Source: Pavona decussata (Eukaryota). From it: a DNA stretch of 64,000 nt. The notes under the pieces were generated by a model, which saw only the letters and a program-made list of their open reading frames with translations, had not been told where the DNA came from and did no database searches. Where the stretch lies: assembly GCA_977016875.1 (NCBI GenBank), contig CDRNST010000096.1, positions 186,001 through 250,000 on the forward strand, written 5' to 3'. Numbering within the stretch: position 1 is the stretch's first letter; each line of letters begins with the position of its first letter. Below are positions 36,130 through 48,501 of the stretch, in pieces. Made by a program: the position numbers and the translations under genes.

Positions 36130-37462
36130 CCTTAGTGACCCATGCATCTATATGGCTTCAGAAAAAGAAATGTTCATAATTGCCATTCACGTTGACGATA
36201 TCGTGTTGGCTATAAAAAGCGACAAGCGGATAGTGGAAGCCAAGAAAGCTCTTGCCAGAGGATTCAAAGTTAAAGATATGGGTGAACCGCACCATTCCCT
36301 GGGTGTCAAGGTGATCCAAACCAGCAAACTGAGAAGTTTGGATTGGCCAGCCAGCGTATGCCCAAAGAGTCTTGAAGAAATTTGGCATGGAGGATGCCAA
36401 GCCAATTGACACACCAGTAGATGTCAGCTCTAAGCACGTCAAGATGACCAAAGGCTGTGACAGTATCGATCAAGCAGTTTCAATCTGTAGTTGGTAGTCT
36501 ACTGTACCCTTCAATCATGACAAGACCAGACATCACATATGGCGTAAGCAATGTGGCCAAGTTCTGTGCCAACCCCTCCAAACAACACTGGATCGCAGTT
36601 AAATGAATCATACGCTACCAGAAAGGTACCTTGCATTTGGGACTCCTTTACAGCAAAGACGGATTAAGCAACTGCATTGGATACTCTGATGCTGACTGGG
36701 CTGGAGACATAGATGATCGCAAATCAATGTCAGGATACTTGTTCCAGATGACTGATGCAGCTATCAGCTGGAGAAGCAAGAAACAGACGTGTGTGGCACT
36801 CTCAACTGTGGAAGCTGAGTACATGGCATTGGCATGTGCAGCACAAGAAGCAATCTGAATGCGACAGCTGCTGACCGATTTAAGAAACAACCCAACAGTA
36901 GCAACTCAGATCTTTGAAGACAACAAGTCAGCAATCTGTCTAGCCAAGAACCCCCAGTTTGATGGTCGAGCCAAACACATTGGAATCAAGTAACACTTCA
37001 TTCAGGAACAAGTAGAGAAAGGAAACGTGGAACTACAGTACTGTCCTACAGAGGAGATGGTTGCTGACATGCTTACTAAGGGACTGAGTCGGGATCGGTT
37101 CGTGAAGCTGCGAATGATGTGTGGAATAAAGGAGATGGTTGGACATTACCCATGGGAGTGAGGAGTGTTTGAAATACATGTACACTCTTAGCGAAATGTC
37201 CTCAATGGATTTAGGGACTGTTTAGAGACTATTTACGCATTCATAAACTGTCTAGGTTTCCAGAAGCTTTCGTGTGCCAACTGTGATGTTCACAAGGCAG
37301 GAAATTACCGGTTAAAGCAGTTTTTGTCAGGTTGTAATTCTAGAAAGTTCTGCCACCTTATATAAGCCAATGGGTCTTTTGCACACTCTCTCTCTGCCTT
37401 TGAATAAAAGTTATGTGTTTTCAGTGCTGGATTCGTTTCGGTGTGTTTTCTGACTGTTGACA
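36130..37462 (+). mobile_element. Copia retrotransposon 3' part (RT, RNase H, PPT, 3' LTR)
   Basis: DPCIY, HVDDIV, GYSDADWAGDIDDRKS, VALSTVEAEY, RAKHIGIK, ADMLTKGL; PPT gggagtgaggag; LTR tgtttg...ttgaca 37166-37462 with tataa and aataaa. Confidence 0.9.
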
Positions 37463-38335
37463 CATTGATGAGTGAAACATTTCAACAAATGGGACTCATT
37501 GAAGTGCATGAGGAGAATTTCGAAAAAGTGGCCACCCTTAAAGCACAAGACAAGAAAACACTGACAGCCCAAGAGATTATAGAAGAATACAAAGATGTTG
37601 ACCCTACAGTGCCGCCAAATATTGCTCCATCACATCATGTGCCATTTGCTATTCAGCCAAAGCTTAAAGCAAAGCTTGAGAGACTGGCAGACATTGGTGT
37701 TCTGATGCCTGTTGATGGGCCCACTGATTGGGTGAGCAACCTAGTCATTGCAACAACGGAGTCCGGGGAATTGAGACTTTCTTTGGACCCACAACAGCTA
37801 AACAAAACTCTGAAGAGAGAGATACTGACAGTTCATGATGACATGGTCATATATGGTGTTGGAGATACCGAGAAACAGGAAACAGCTGACTGCAACAGAA
37901 AGTTACATCAGTTCTTGCAGCTATGCAGAGTAAGAGAAGTGAAGATGAACAAGAAGTTAAAGCTGTTTCCAAGGAGAACCCCCACACGGGACATCTGGTC
38001 ACAGGAAATGCTCTCAAACCGGATCCAGAGAAGGTCGAAGCAGTACACAATATGCCCAAGCCTGGCAATGTCAAACCCGTGAGAAGATTCTGTGGTTTAG
38101 TGAACAGCCTTGCTAAGTTCTTCACTCAGCTAGCATATTCAGCAGTTAATGCAGAAAGAAGCATTATGGCAATGGCAACATAAACATGACACAGCATTTG
38201 AGAAAGTCAAAGAACTTGTGACACAGGCAACTTTGTTGATATACTACAACCCTGATGAGGAGCTCACCGTCCACTGTGATGCCAGCAATAAGGGACTTGG
38301 GGCTGCACTCATGCAAAATGGGCAACCTGTGACGT
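37463..38335 (+). mobile_element. Gypsy pol remnant with internal deletions (RT, RNase H)
   Basis: VPFAIQPKLKAKLERL...TDWVSNLV...LRLSLDPQQLN; HDDMVIYG; KPDPEKVEAV; HCDASNKGLGAALMQNGQPV. Confidence 0.85.
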
Positions 38336-40094
38336 GTCTTTCTATGCTTCGGAACGATATCAGCTGGGACTCAGTGCAACCACTGTTAAAAACCTTCTTT
38401 TTGACTACCTGTATACTCATAGATTTGATGTATGTACTACAAATTTCTTTCAATAAGGGAAAACAGGAAATGGTGAAGTGGTTTTTTAATGATTAATTCC
38501 ATTTTGTTTGCTTTTGGAAAAAGGGCAATAGCAATGACAGGCTAGGGTTCATATGTTGCATCGATATTGGCGGATGAGAAGTTCCCGATTCATCAGAAGA
38601 TGCATTAGAGCTTCTGCAGAAAGACTATGCAAATGAAAGGGTGATCAGAGCTCTACCACAAAAATTACATTACAGTCGTCACTGTATGGGGTTGGTAAAA
38701 AATTCCTTTTTAGATGCAGAGAACTAGCTATCCTGGTAACAGTCTCCTTTCCCACCATTGAACCAGTGACAGTGAAGAGAGGGAAGCAACCAGCATTCCG
38801 CTTTACTTCATTATATCACAACTTAAGATGGATTTCTACGGTTGCATTTTTGTCGACACATGTTAATGTATGTGAAACTTATGTACGTATAAAAGTGCCA
38901 ATTTGTAATGCCACGCTTTTTTTTAGGTATTTACATACGTTACCCACACATATAGGCACGCAGCAATTGTAAGGGTTTTTGCAAAAGTTGAAGTTAGTTC
39001 AACTTTCTTCACAGCTGTCTGCACTTTACACACGATTTAACCAATCACACTTTTGGATTTTGTCACATGACACCAGTTACCATGTGGACGCCATTTTGCA
39101 TTAAATCGCCAAAATCGGCATAAACATGGGAAAATATTCAGTTGTAGAAGCACGTCTTATAGGGGAAATCAAACATTTCCAGCAGTATGGAAAACTACAG
39201 ACCCGAATTACAAAAACGCAGTGGTGAGAAAAACTGCCTGGAATCAGGTTTTTTCTTTTTCCTATGACAGTGGGTTCTGTTATTTCTACGTAATTTTGAC
39301 TCAATTTTGAGTACTTTCTGATTTCAATAAAAAGCAACACTTGCAGATTTTTGATCACATACTCTCGTAGATCACATACTCTAAAATAAACAAACACGTT
39401 TGTTTATTTTCGTTTCCAACTTTAAAATTTTCAAAAAGAACGAAGATATCTTTCAACTACATTTCCATTTTCACCAAATTGTTTCATTTTATTTTGATTA
39501 GATTATGGTTGCTTTAGCTTTATATCATTATATCATTTTTTCGTTCATGATAGAGCTTTTATTTACTTTATAACCCTTACTGAGTTGAGGTTTACTGCAT
39601 TTCAGTAATTACCCTCTCAATTTTCCTCTAACCACTTTTTCATTTTAACCAAGTTTTCTTTTTGTGCTTACAACCTTCACCCAACCATACGTACAAATCC
39701 TTCCTTTTAAACCGCTGGTTTCATCAGCGGAGGGGAACCCTTCACAGGGATCCCTCATTTTGACACCAACAGTAACACAAAGGTTGCTAGTGAATCTGTT
39801 GATGTTCAAACGACTTTCCGCATACCTTTGAATGCTTCCTCTGAAGGGGTGGACTCGTTTTTGCTGACCTTTTGAGAAGTGCACCAGGAGTTGCTTCACA
39901 TTGCTGACTCAAATTCGACCCTTTTGGATTATTTCTGTTGAATTTACTTCTGAACTCCTGCAAGTCAAGGAGCAAAACAGACGACTTCTTGTCCAGGGAT
40001 TCAACACATCCAGAACAGGGTTTGCAAACATGGACACAAAGAAGCTGGTGTCGTACACCCACTAATTGACAAAAAGATGAGCGACAGCACATTT

Positions 40095-40236
40095 TGTAAC
40101 TAATGTAGAACTGAAGCTACAGGAAATGCCATAGCAAATGTTCTCATAAAGGAGTTTGATAAACGAGGTGTGAAACCACAGAAGATTATGAGCCTAGGAT
40201 CCAATGGGGCAACAGTTATGACAGGCACCAAAACAG
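40095..40236 (+). pseudogene. hAT (ZNF862-like) transposase exon fragment
   Basis: ATGNAIANVLIKEF...KIMSLGSNGATVMTG resembles the hAT GSDGASVMTG motif. Confidence 0.5.
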
Positions 40237-40310
40237 AAAAAAAGTATACGAAAAAATCAGAGGTAGACTAGAATTCGTCAAAAATGAGACTGTAGTAGTA
40301 TTACTCCACC

Positions 40311-42412
40311 TTTATTATATAGCTGAACTGGTCCGCGATGAAAAGGAGCATTTTAATTGGCTCCCTGAGCGGTCCGAATTTTCCTATACGGACCGCTAAG
40401 ATGGACCGCTAGCGTCAAGTGTTTCGTGGTTACTGTTTCAGTTTTGACAACGCAAAGTAAAACTGTTTCCAATTAACTTAATATAGTAGGAACTGTCGGT
40501 TTAAATCGTGATGTCGGAGTTTTACTCCAAGAGCACTGACGAAGGAACGAAAACAAGCTCTGAAAACAACAAACTCGACGAAAAAACCAAAGAAGATTCC
40601 GTTGACAAGGCCTCAGAGTACCGCAACTTCATTGAGCAACAGCAGGCCAGAAGCACTACAGAAAAAACCAAATCTGACCTTAAAATATGGGGAAAATTTT
40701 GCCACCAACGGAACGAGTTCAGGAATATTGAGGCAATACCCTGGGTGGAACTTAATCTGCTGCTCTGCGCTTTTTTTAAAGATGTAAGAAAGAAAAATGG
40801 CGACGAATACGAACCTGGAACTCTGACTTGCCTGCAACGAAGCATCCAGCGTTATCTTAATACCCACGGGTCACAAGCCAATCTCATTCAAGGTGACGAA
40901 TTCAAGCTATCCCGAGAAGTCCTCAGTGCAAAAAGAAAACAGCTTGTCGTGGAGAGAGGGAAAGGCAATCGTCCACAAGCAAGCCGAGAAGTCACCGCTG
41001 TTAAAGAAGACAAGCTCTTTGCCGAAGGAGAATTTGGCAAGCACAACCCGGTTGCTCTACAGCGCACAGTTTGGTGGCTCCTGGCTTTACATTTTGGCTT
41101 CAGAGCAAGAGATGAAAGTAGAAGGCTTCAGTGGGGCGACGTCAGCCTTGAAACTGACCCGGACACAGGCAATGAAATGCTGGTCTGGAAAGCTGAGAGA
41201 GGCTCAAAGACGCGCCAGGGGCAGGACAAAGCAAGCGGTCACCGAGCATTTTATCCTACTGCTCAAGCTACTGATAACGAGCGATGTCCAGTCAAGTACT
41301 ATAAGCTGTTCAGAAGTCACAGGCCCATCGAGATGAATCAACCAGAGGCACCATTCTACTTGGCCGCAAAACATCAAAGAAAGGCTACTGATGCAGTGTG
41401 GTACAAGAAAAGTCCGCTTGGCAAGAATGAAATCGGGAAGCTACTCACCAAAGCTGCCCAAAATGCTGGTTTGCCAGGACGCGTTACCAATCACTCGGTT
41501 CGAAAGACCTGCATTTCACGATTGCTGGATTCAGATGTTCCTGAAAATTTCGTGGCCCAACTGAGTGGACATCGAAATCTGAAAAGCCTGGATTCCTACA
41601 AATCGGCTTCCATTCAGCATCAACGAAGAATGTCGTTAGCCCTCAGTCGCTCATCAACAACCACAAGCGAGCTCCAAGCAGTTGGCAATACACAGGCAAC
41701 AACTACGGTGGAAAGTACCAGTATGGCGACCACAAAAGAAGCCGGATCGGCTATTTTTCAAGGAGCAAATTTCCAAAACTGCTCGCTTAACATCCAGATT
41801 ACGAATCATGATCAGCCACCGCTTCGCAAGCGCCGAGCCATTTTAAGTGACGATGAAGACGATTGAAATGCAATTTTGACTACAAAAGCTTCAATTTCAT
41901 CTATTTTCATTCATTCCATAGTAAGTCTTTCTCAAAAGTTGACACTTTTAAACATTCAACACGTTTAAGAAATGCATTTTCTTCGGAATCTCAAATGAGC
42001 TAAATTTTCATTTTTCGAACTTTTTCACTTCGATTGACGAGACATGTCAATCTTTCGTGTCAAACCTTGACCAATAAAAAGTCGCCTTTTCATGCGCGAG
42101 CCAATCAGAATTATTCCACGTGGTTTTTGTTTGTGAGTACGCGTCAGCATTGAGAAGGCTTTCTTGCACTTTTTCTCGCACAACTTGATCATAAACAAGT
42201 TTCACGCGGACTAGAAAGCGACAAGCGGGAAAGCCTATATAATAAAAACCTTATTGAACTAGCTTGTTCGGTCCGTATTGGGAAAATATTGGTCTCGTCC
42301 TTTTTTTGCAAGTTTATGGACCTCGCCTTCGGCTCGGTCCATAAACTTGCAAAAAAAGGAACTCGACTAATATTTTCCCAATACGGACCTCACGCTAATT
42401 CAATAACATATA
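40311..42412 (+). mobile_element. Crypton (tyrosine-recombinase DNA transposon), apparently full length
   Basis: 5' tttattatatag (40311-40322) is inverted at 42235-42246, followed by a ~150-nt 3' hairpin (42254-42407). Confidence 0.8.
40508..41866 (+). CDS. Crypton tyrosine recombinase (DUF3504; KCTD1/ZMYM/QRICH1-related), intact 452 aa
   Basis: RKKNGDEYEP, HFGFRARDE, SKTRQG, RCPV, PLGKN, TNHSVRKT, SGHRNLKSLDSY (R-K-H-R-H-Y catalytic set). Confidence 0.9.
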   Translation: MMSEFYSKSTDEGTKTSSENNKLDEKTKEDSVDKASEYRNFIEQQQARSTTEKTKSDLKIWGKFCHQRNEFRNIEAIPWVELNLLLCAFFKDVRKKNGDEYEPGTLTCLQRSIQRYLNTHGSQANLIQGDEFKLSREVLSAKRKQLVVERGKGNRPQASREVTAVKEDKLFAEGEFGKHNPVALQRTVWWLLALHFGFRARDESRRLQWGDVSLETDPDTGNEMLVWKAERGSKTRQGQDKASGHRAFYPTAQATDNERCPVKYYKLFRSHRPIEMNQPEAPFYLAAKHQRKATDAVWYKKSPLGKNEIGKLLTKAAQNAGLPGRVTNHSVRKTCISRLLDSDVPENFVAQLSGHRNLKSLDSYKSASIQHQRRMSLALSRSSTTTSELQAVGNTQATTTVESTSMATTKEAGSAIFQGANFQNCSLNIQITNHDQPPLRKRRAILSDDEDD

Positions 42413-42479
42413 TATACTTTTCTTTGTACAGTTTTTTTTTTTAAACTAAAACCAACTGGCTATTCCACCAATTCTATAG

Positions 42480-42929
42480 ATGTTACCGGTCAAAATTAAC
42501 TTTAGGTAAGTTTTTTCAACCTAGGTAAATTTTAAATTAACCTAGGTTATTTTTTCCTATCAACTGTCTAAAAAAGGGCTTTCCCTTTCTGGAGGGGGTG
42601 TAGTAAAAAATAGGGCATGGCATTTTTGGGGGGTTCTGAAAAAGAATAAAAAAAGAATTTTGTATTCTCCTTCTCTCTTATCTCCCATATCCTACCCCTG
42701 TTCCTACCCCCCCCCCCCAGCCTCATGTGACCACACCACCCCCACATACAAATATCAAGTAGAAATAATTGTTCTTTTTTTTAAACGCACTTACCAAGAT
42801 TCGAACTCTCAACTTTCCGCTCTGTAATCCTTCTTCATATCCACTTGATCACGCAAGCAATCGTTGCAAAGCGCAATAACCTAAGTTAAAAATTTTTTTA
42901 AACCTGAATTAAAATTTTACCTGTAACAT
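42480..42929. mobile_element. MITE-like element with ~28-bp imperfect TIRs
   Basis: atgttaccggtcaaaattaactttaggt / acctgaattaaaattttacctgtaacat. Confidence 0.55.
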
Positions 42930-43473
42930 AGACACGTTATCTTTCTTTCTCTGCCTTTTCTATAATTTGCTTCTACACAAACTAACACATAGAACCCCCT
43001 GGCCTTAAACAAAATAGGGTAAAGCCAAGGGGAAAAAGTCGAAATGGCGGAAGTCCTAACAGAAGACTACATGAGTTCAGAGGACACAGACATTGACGAG
43101 GCTGGCAAATCTGTTTATTATATAAAGTAGCTTTCCTGGGAAAGCAGGAATCTGATAAAGAAAAATGCGTTAGATAAATTTTATGTAGGCCAACAGGCAA
43201 ACGCATTAGAGACCGCGGCTCCATGTTGGCCAATAGTAACAAGCCTGAAGACTGCCCAGAATGGGCAATTTTAAATACTTAATAGGGAGATTAATTAATT
43301 AATGAAATTAATTTGTGCAAACATTTATATGCTATCATAATTACGGAGAGCCAACGGGAATGTTGTTTTTCTCAGATACTGCAAAGGTTTACTAGCGTCG
43401 ATCGTAAAAAAATTGAAGAAGTAAGAAATTACTATTCAGATGTCCCCAGTAACATTTAATCACAGGGTATTGT

Positions 43474-44175
43474 AAGGCTTGGTTCCCACTAGCGACATAA
43501 CGATTATAATAATAATCATTAAGTTGTTATGATTTTAGTGGGAATGTATATATACAAGCCGTCGACTTTAGATTATTTTCTATTTGTTTTGTAAACAATG
43601 CTTTAAAAATGGCTCCTTTTCAAATCTAACATTAATTGCAGCAATGATGAATTTTTTCGCATCAAGTGCATCTAATCAAGAATAATTTCGCCATCGAATT
43701 ATCATAATACATTGTGTATTAGTTCTTTTACTTCTTGAATCACAACAGTTCCACTTGAGAGAAAACAGGGGAAATTAAAGGCGCTTCTGGGTGAGACCGA
43801 TATTCAGAGCAAGGGAAACGTATGAAGTCCTTCAAAGATTTATTATTAAAAATCGGGAAACTTTAAACTAAGCTAGCCAGACGCTCCTCAAAGTTGAACG
43901 TCATATTGGAATAGCACCAACTGCAAATTACTGGAACTAGGACGTTTATTGGCCAAAATACAATGAATACATGTTAGTCCTTATGATTACGACTATGGCC
44001 GTTAGATTTTACGTTCCCACTACGACATAAACATAATTATACACATAGTCATAATCATAAGAAAATACTCGATCATTTTCTTGTGATTATGATTATGTTT
44101 TTCGGCGTTCCCACTACGACATAAGTGACATAATGGCCCTTATGATCATGATTATGATCGTTGTCGCTATCAGGA
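43474..44175. mobile_element. Non-autonomous Harbinger-like element
   Basis: Terminus aaggcttggttcccactag and repeated gttcccactacgacataa, the same style as the 22782 end. Confidence 0.5.
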
Positions 44176-46620
44176 CCTCTAGGCAAGTAGCGGGGACTCT
44201 CAAACAGGCTAAGAAGGCAAAAAAGGACACGGAGCAAATGGAAAGGGAATTTCAGCCAAACAAACAATCCATAAGGGACATGGTCGCTCGTGAACTCCAA
44301 AAAGAAGTCTCCAAACTCCAAAACGTGTCTGCTCCAGCCAAGAAAAAACAGCCCCCTCACCATAGCTCAGGAGAAAATGGTAAATCCAGATCAACGTCCA
44401 GAAACGGAAAATGAAATGGTAATAAACAAGCTAAAGCTGTTCGCAACCAATCGTCTTCAGCACCTCGCCGGTCACATAATGCACAAGGCAGGCGCAGTGG
44501 ATCACGCACCAAGCAGCAAACGCCACAGTCACGGGTCATATTCCCTGACACTCGCCGAAAACCGTCAAAAAAACTCAAAAAGCCCCGCAATCGGTGCCGT
44601 GAGGTAGACCAGCGGGACAAGTACACTAAATGGCTAGATAAAATGGTGAAGAAACCAGTTTTTGACATTTTACCTCGCAATCTGGAATTTCACAACTTAT
44701 CGCAGGTGTCTCTCAATGCGACGCAGTCACAAGCTCTTGGCTTGGGTTTAAAATTAAGACCCTCGCTCAGATCACCTGCTGCTAATGTCTTTACACAGCA
44801 AATACAGGATTACTGTCGGAGCATCCAATTACACTACAAATATGCTGACCATCCCGACGACCCTGATTTTAACCCAAAACTGTATGTAAAATCAGACTGG
44901 AATCCGCCACGGGAAGATCCGGACCTCGAGGAAAGCCTATATTACGTGCACCAAGAGCTACTAGAAAACTTCAGCGATAACACACCACTGTGGAAGAACA
45001 ATTTAAGCTGTGACGAGCGAACTGGCCTATGAGAAATCAAGGAAGACCCTACGGTTCGCATCCTGTCAACGGACAAAAACCTTGGACCTGCTCTCGTTTC
45101 CATGGAGTGGATTGAAAATGAGACTCTTAAGCTCCGTAATGACACTAATTCTTACACAAAAGTAACAAAAGATGACTGGACTTTTGGACGTCGTAAGGTA
45201 ATTGAGTCTAGAGAGAAACTCACTCATAGTTACTCACATTTTCTCCCCCTAACTCGCTCAAGTTTCTTCGTAGCTTAGACAATAATACTAAGAGTTTTGA
45301 TCCCGCTATATTATTCCTACGATCCATAAGTCACCTATCGCTGGCAGGCCTATTGTAGCGTCTCACTCTTATATTACTAGACCTATTAGTATATTTGTGG
45401 ATGAGCTAGTTAAACCCGTCATTACTATGCCTACAGTATTGCGTGACTCTGGTGAATTAATTCAATGTTTAGAGCAACTTGAGCTACCCGCTGATTGCCT
45501 TCTGGCTACAGCGGACGGGTCATCACTTTATCCGAACATTGACACTAAGAAGGCTATTGTTGCACTTGACCTCTTGCTTAGAGAGGGCAAGGTGGCTCAG
45601 ACCGCTCTCTTGGTTCAACTCCCTCGACTTGTCTTTGAGAATAATTTTCTTAAATCAGAATTTAGCGATGATATACATACCATCAAACGTTTGGTATTGC
45701 CATGGGAACTCCCTTTGCAGTCACAGCCGCAAACGCTTTTATGTACTATCACGAGAGAGACATCGAGCACTTCTGTCGATAATTAACTTTCTACATATTT
45801 ATCATCTGGGATGGCCCAAACGAGAAACTCTTAGAATTTCTTTGTGCTTTTCACTCCGAGGATGAACACATTAAGATAACTTACGAAATTAGCGAGTCTA
45901 AGATTTCTTTTCTAGACTTTTGTTACTTTTTAAGGACCCTAGTTTTAACACACTGCAGTATTCTACTTTTCAGAAACCACTTGATAAGTATCTCTATATA
46001 CCATTCGAGTCATTTCACCCTGGTAGCAACAAAAAAAGCTTTCATCAAAGGTGAACTTATACGTTACACCAGAAATAGTTCGGCTTATAGTTCATTCAAT
46101 GAGACGTCAGCTATTCTGGAAGCGTTTACGCCTTGGGGATATCCTGCTAAGTTTTTGCTTCCCATATTCAAGGACATAAGCTATAGCAACAGAAAGAAAT
46201 GGTTCTCTGAGTATAATAAGTCTTCACGACTAAGAGGGGTGGTATTCAAAACGTATTTTAATTGCAGTCATGTAGGGATCAAAAAGGTTATCCTTAAGCA
46301 TTTGCCCAATCTCAACTGTATTTTTAGTTATAAATCTACTAACAAGCTAGCACATCTATGTAAGTGATTGTTTTTTGCGGCTAATGTTAAATCCGTGAGC
46401 CCCAAAATTGAACATCACACCTTCTACGCAGGATTCCAGTCATATCCTGCACGTATTTCTTGTGGGTGTTTTGTTGTTCACACCCTTACGGGAACATGAT
46501 TTGTATTGTACGAGTGTATAAATAAGTTCCCCATGTAATCTCGTTCCATACTCCCTGATGAAGTCTGTAGTTATCAGACGAAAGCGGTCGGAGAATAAAC
46601 CTTGAGTCAACAAGATTTCG
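44176..46620 (+). mobile_element. Penelope-like element with a basic upstream region, RT and no GIY-YIG domain; decayed
   Basis: ALGLGLKLRP, TDKNLG, IHKSPIAGRPIV, ADGSSLYPNID, FENNF, GIAMGTPFA, ISFLD, KAFIKGELIRY. The ORF ends at 46367 and is followed by a structured 3' UTR. Confidence 0.8.
46551..46593 (+). ncRNA. Minimal type I hammerhead ribozyme
   Basis: Stem I ctcc/ggag; CTGATGA; stem II gtctg/cagac; GAAA; short stem III; GTC cleavage triplet; followed by aataaa. Confidence 0.85.
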
Positions 46621-46649
46621 CTGCTGTGTGCTGCTCACTAGTACCTTGT

Positions 46650-48501
46650 TAAAAAATTGTTCACAAGATGAGCTTTTGTCAGCCGGCCAAGGGTCTCCAC
46701 CCCCGCAGGAGAACCCTCTGTGGATGTAACGCCAACTTCTTCAGCAGCGCTAGCATTATCTACAAGCAATGGCCTACCCGAATCACAAATTTCAAGTCCA
46801 AGCTCTACATCTGCAGCAGACACAGCAATGGATTCCATGCACGAGCTTCCGACAAAACTGGCCAAGGAGATCCTCACCGGTGAGTTCATGGAACTAAGTT
46901 GCTTCCCAAGAACTTTAACGTCTTAAATCTGTCCCAGGATGAGCCGCTTACCTTAACTGTTGAAAATACAGTCATCAAAGTAAATAAGGTCAAAGCTACA
47001 TCAATAACTGACATCTCAGAGTGGACGATGGCCTTTAGTGCCTACATGGGTGATCTAATAAGCAAGTTCCCACACCATGCCTCTGAGCTACTAGAGCATA
47101 CGTCTCTCATTCGCTATGCTGCTAGATACCATAAGAGGTTAGGCTGGTGTGTGTATGACATAAAGTTCCGGCAGAAGACTGTCACTAACAAGTCATTGCA
47201 ATAGTCAACAATTGGCAGTCATTTATGGCTCAAAGCCTTTACAGTGGCACTTTCACTTCCATAGGAAGACATTGGGGTTTTCCAGTCAGGACCCTCATCG
47301 TCAAGTACCTCTAGGGGGATCGAAAACCGCACTTGTCACAACTTCAACAGGAGGCTCCCTGTGCCAGAAAACCTTGCAACTATGCCCACAAATGTAACAG
47401 GTCTGGGTGTATGAAAGATCAGCCCGGGATTAAGTGCCCCACTAACTATGGAACAGAAAAAGAACCTCCCCTAAGGGTAGGAAAGTCACTCCCCCCCAGC
47501 ACCAAAGCACCCGCCACCGAGAAAAGTCGCTTTGGTGGTGTAGATACTCCTCTCAATGTAGAAAGCTTATACTAGGCCTACTCCAATCATCCTGAAAGGG
47601 AATTTGTCAACAAACTGTGTTCAGAGCTGAGGGAGGGGGCTACGATTGGTTATTCTGATCCTATATCCCCACGCTTTTCAAAAAACTTACCTACTGCTTA
47701 TTTAAATCCTGAGGTGGTTACAACAAATTTAGCTGATGAGGTTTCAAAAGGGTGTACCATGGGCCCCTTTTCCACACCCCATTTCAATATTTTCAGGTTT
47801 CGCCAATCGGTCTTGTTCCCAAAAAACATTCAAACAAATTCCGAACCATATTCCATCTATCCTACCCTAAGTCTGGCACCTCTAGCATCAATTATTTTAT
47901 TGGAAAGGATCATTTCTCCCTTCAATATATTACCATTGCCAATGCCATTGCAGCAATTCAAGAATTTGGCCGTGGCTGCTACATGGGTAAAACAGACATA
48001 GAGTCTGCTTTTTGCCTCATTCCAGTCCATCCGGATGACTGGGAACTTTTGGGGATGTTCTAGAAAGGGCAGTATTATTTCGACAAGGTGCTCCCCTTTG
48101 GTCTTTGCTCTGCCGTGTACATTTTTAACCAATTGTCTGATGCCATTGAGTGTATTTTACTCAACAAATGTTCCACTTCCTTTGTCTGCCACATCTTGGA
48201 CGATTTCCTCATACTGGAACCACCCTGTCCTACCCCTCCGCTGGATTCACTTTGCCGGGCAAGTCTGTCAAGTATGATATTCACCTTCAAAAATTTGAAT
48301 ATCCCTATCTCCGGATCCAAAACCAAGGGGCCTTCTCAAATTATTCAGTTCATGGGTATCATACTAGATTCTGGGAAAATGGAGGCAAGGCTACCCGAGG
48401 ATCAGGTAGAGAGGATCAAGTCTGCTCTCTCCACTTTCCAATCTCAGCGGTCAACAACACTGCAAGAACTTCAGTCACTGATAGGTACCCTTAACTTTGC
48501 G
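46650..48501 (+). mobile_element. DIRS-type retrotransposon fragment (gag with CCCH finger, RT), 3'-truncated
   Basis: GWCVYDIKFRQK; CHNFN...CNYAHKC; VSPIGLVPKK...FRTIFHLSYP...SIN; KTDIESAF; LPFGL; HILDDF; LQSLIGTLNFA. Confidence 0.85.

Noticed and set aside
39640-40092. Minus-strand Cys-containing ORFs
   Set aside because: Probably a decayed TE N-terminus, but I recognise no motif well enough to call it.
40508-41866. Host gene KCTD1/ZMYM/QRICH1
   Set aside because: The ORF is intronless, has only the recombinase domain with its catalytic Tyr, has Crypton-type ends, and has a decayed paralogue in the same window.
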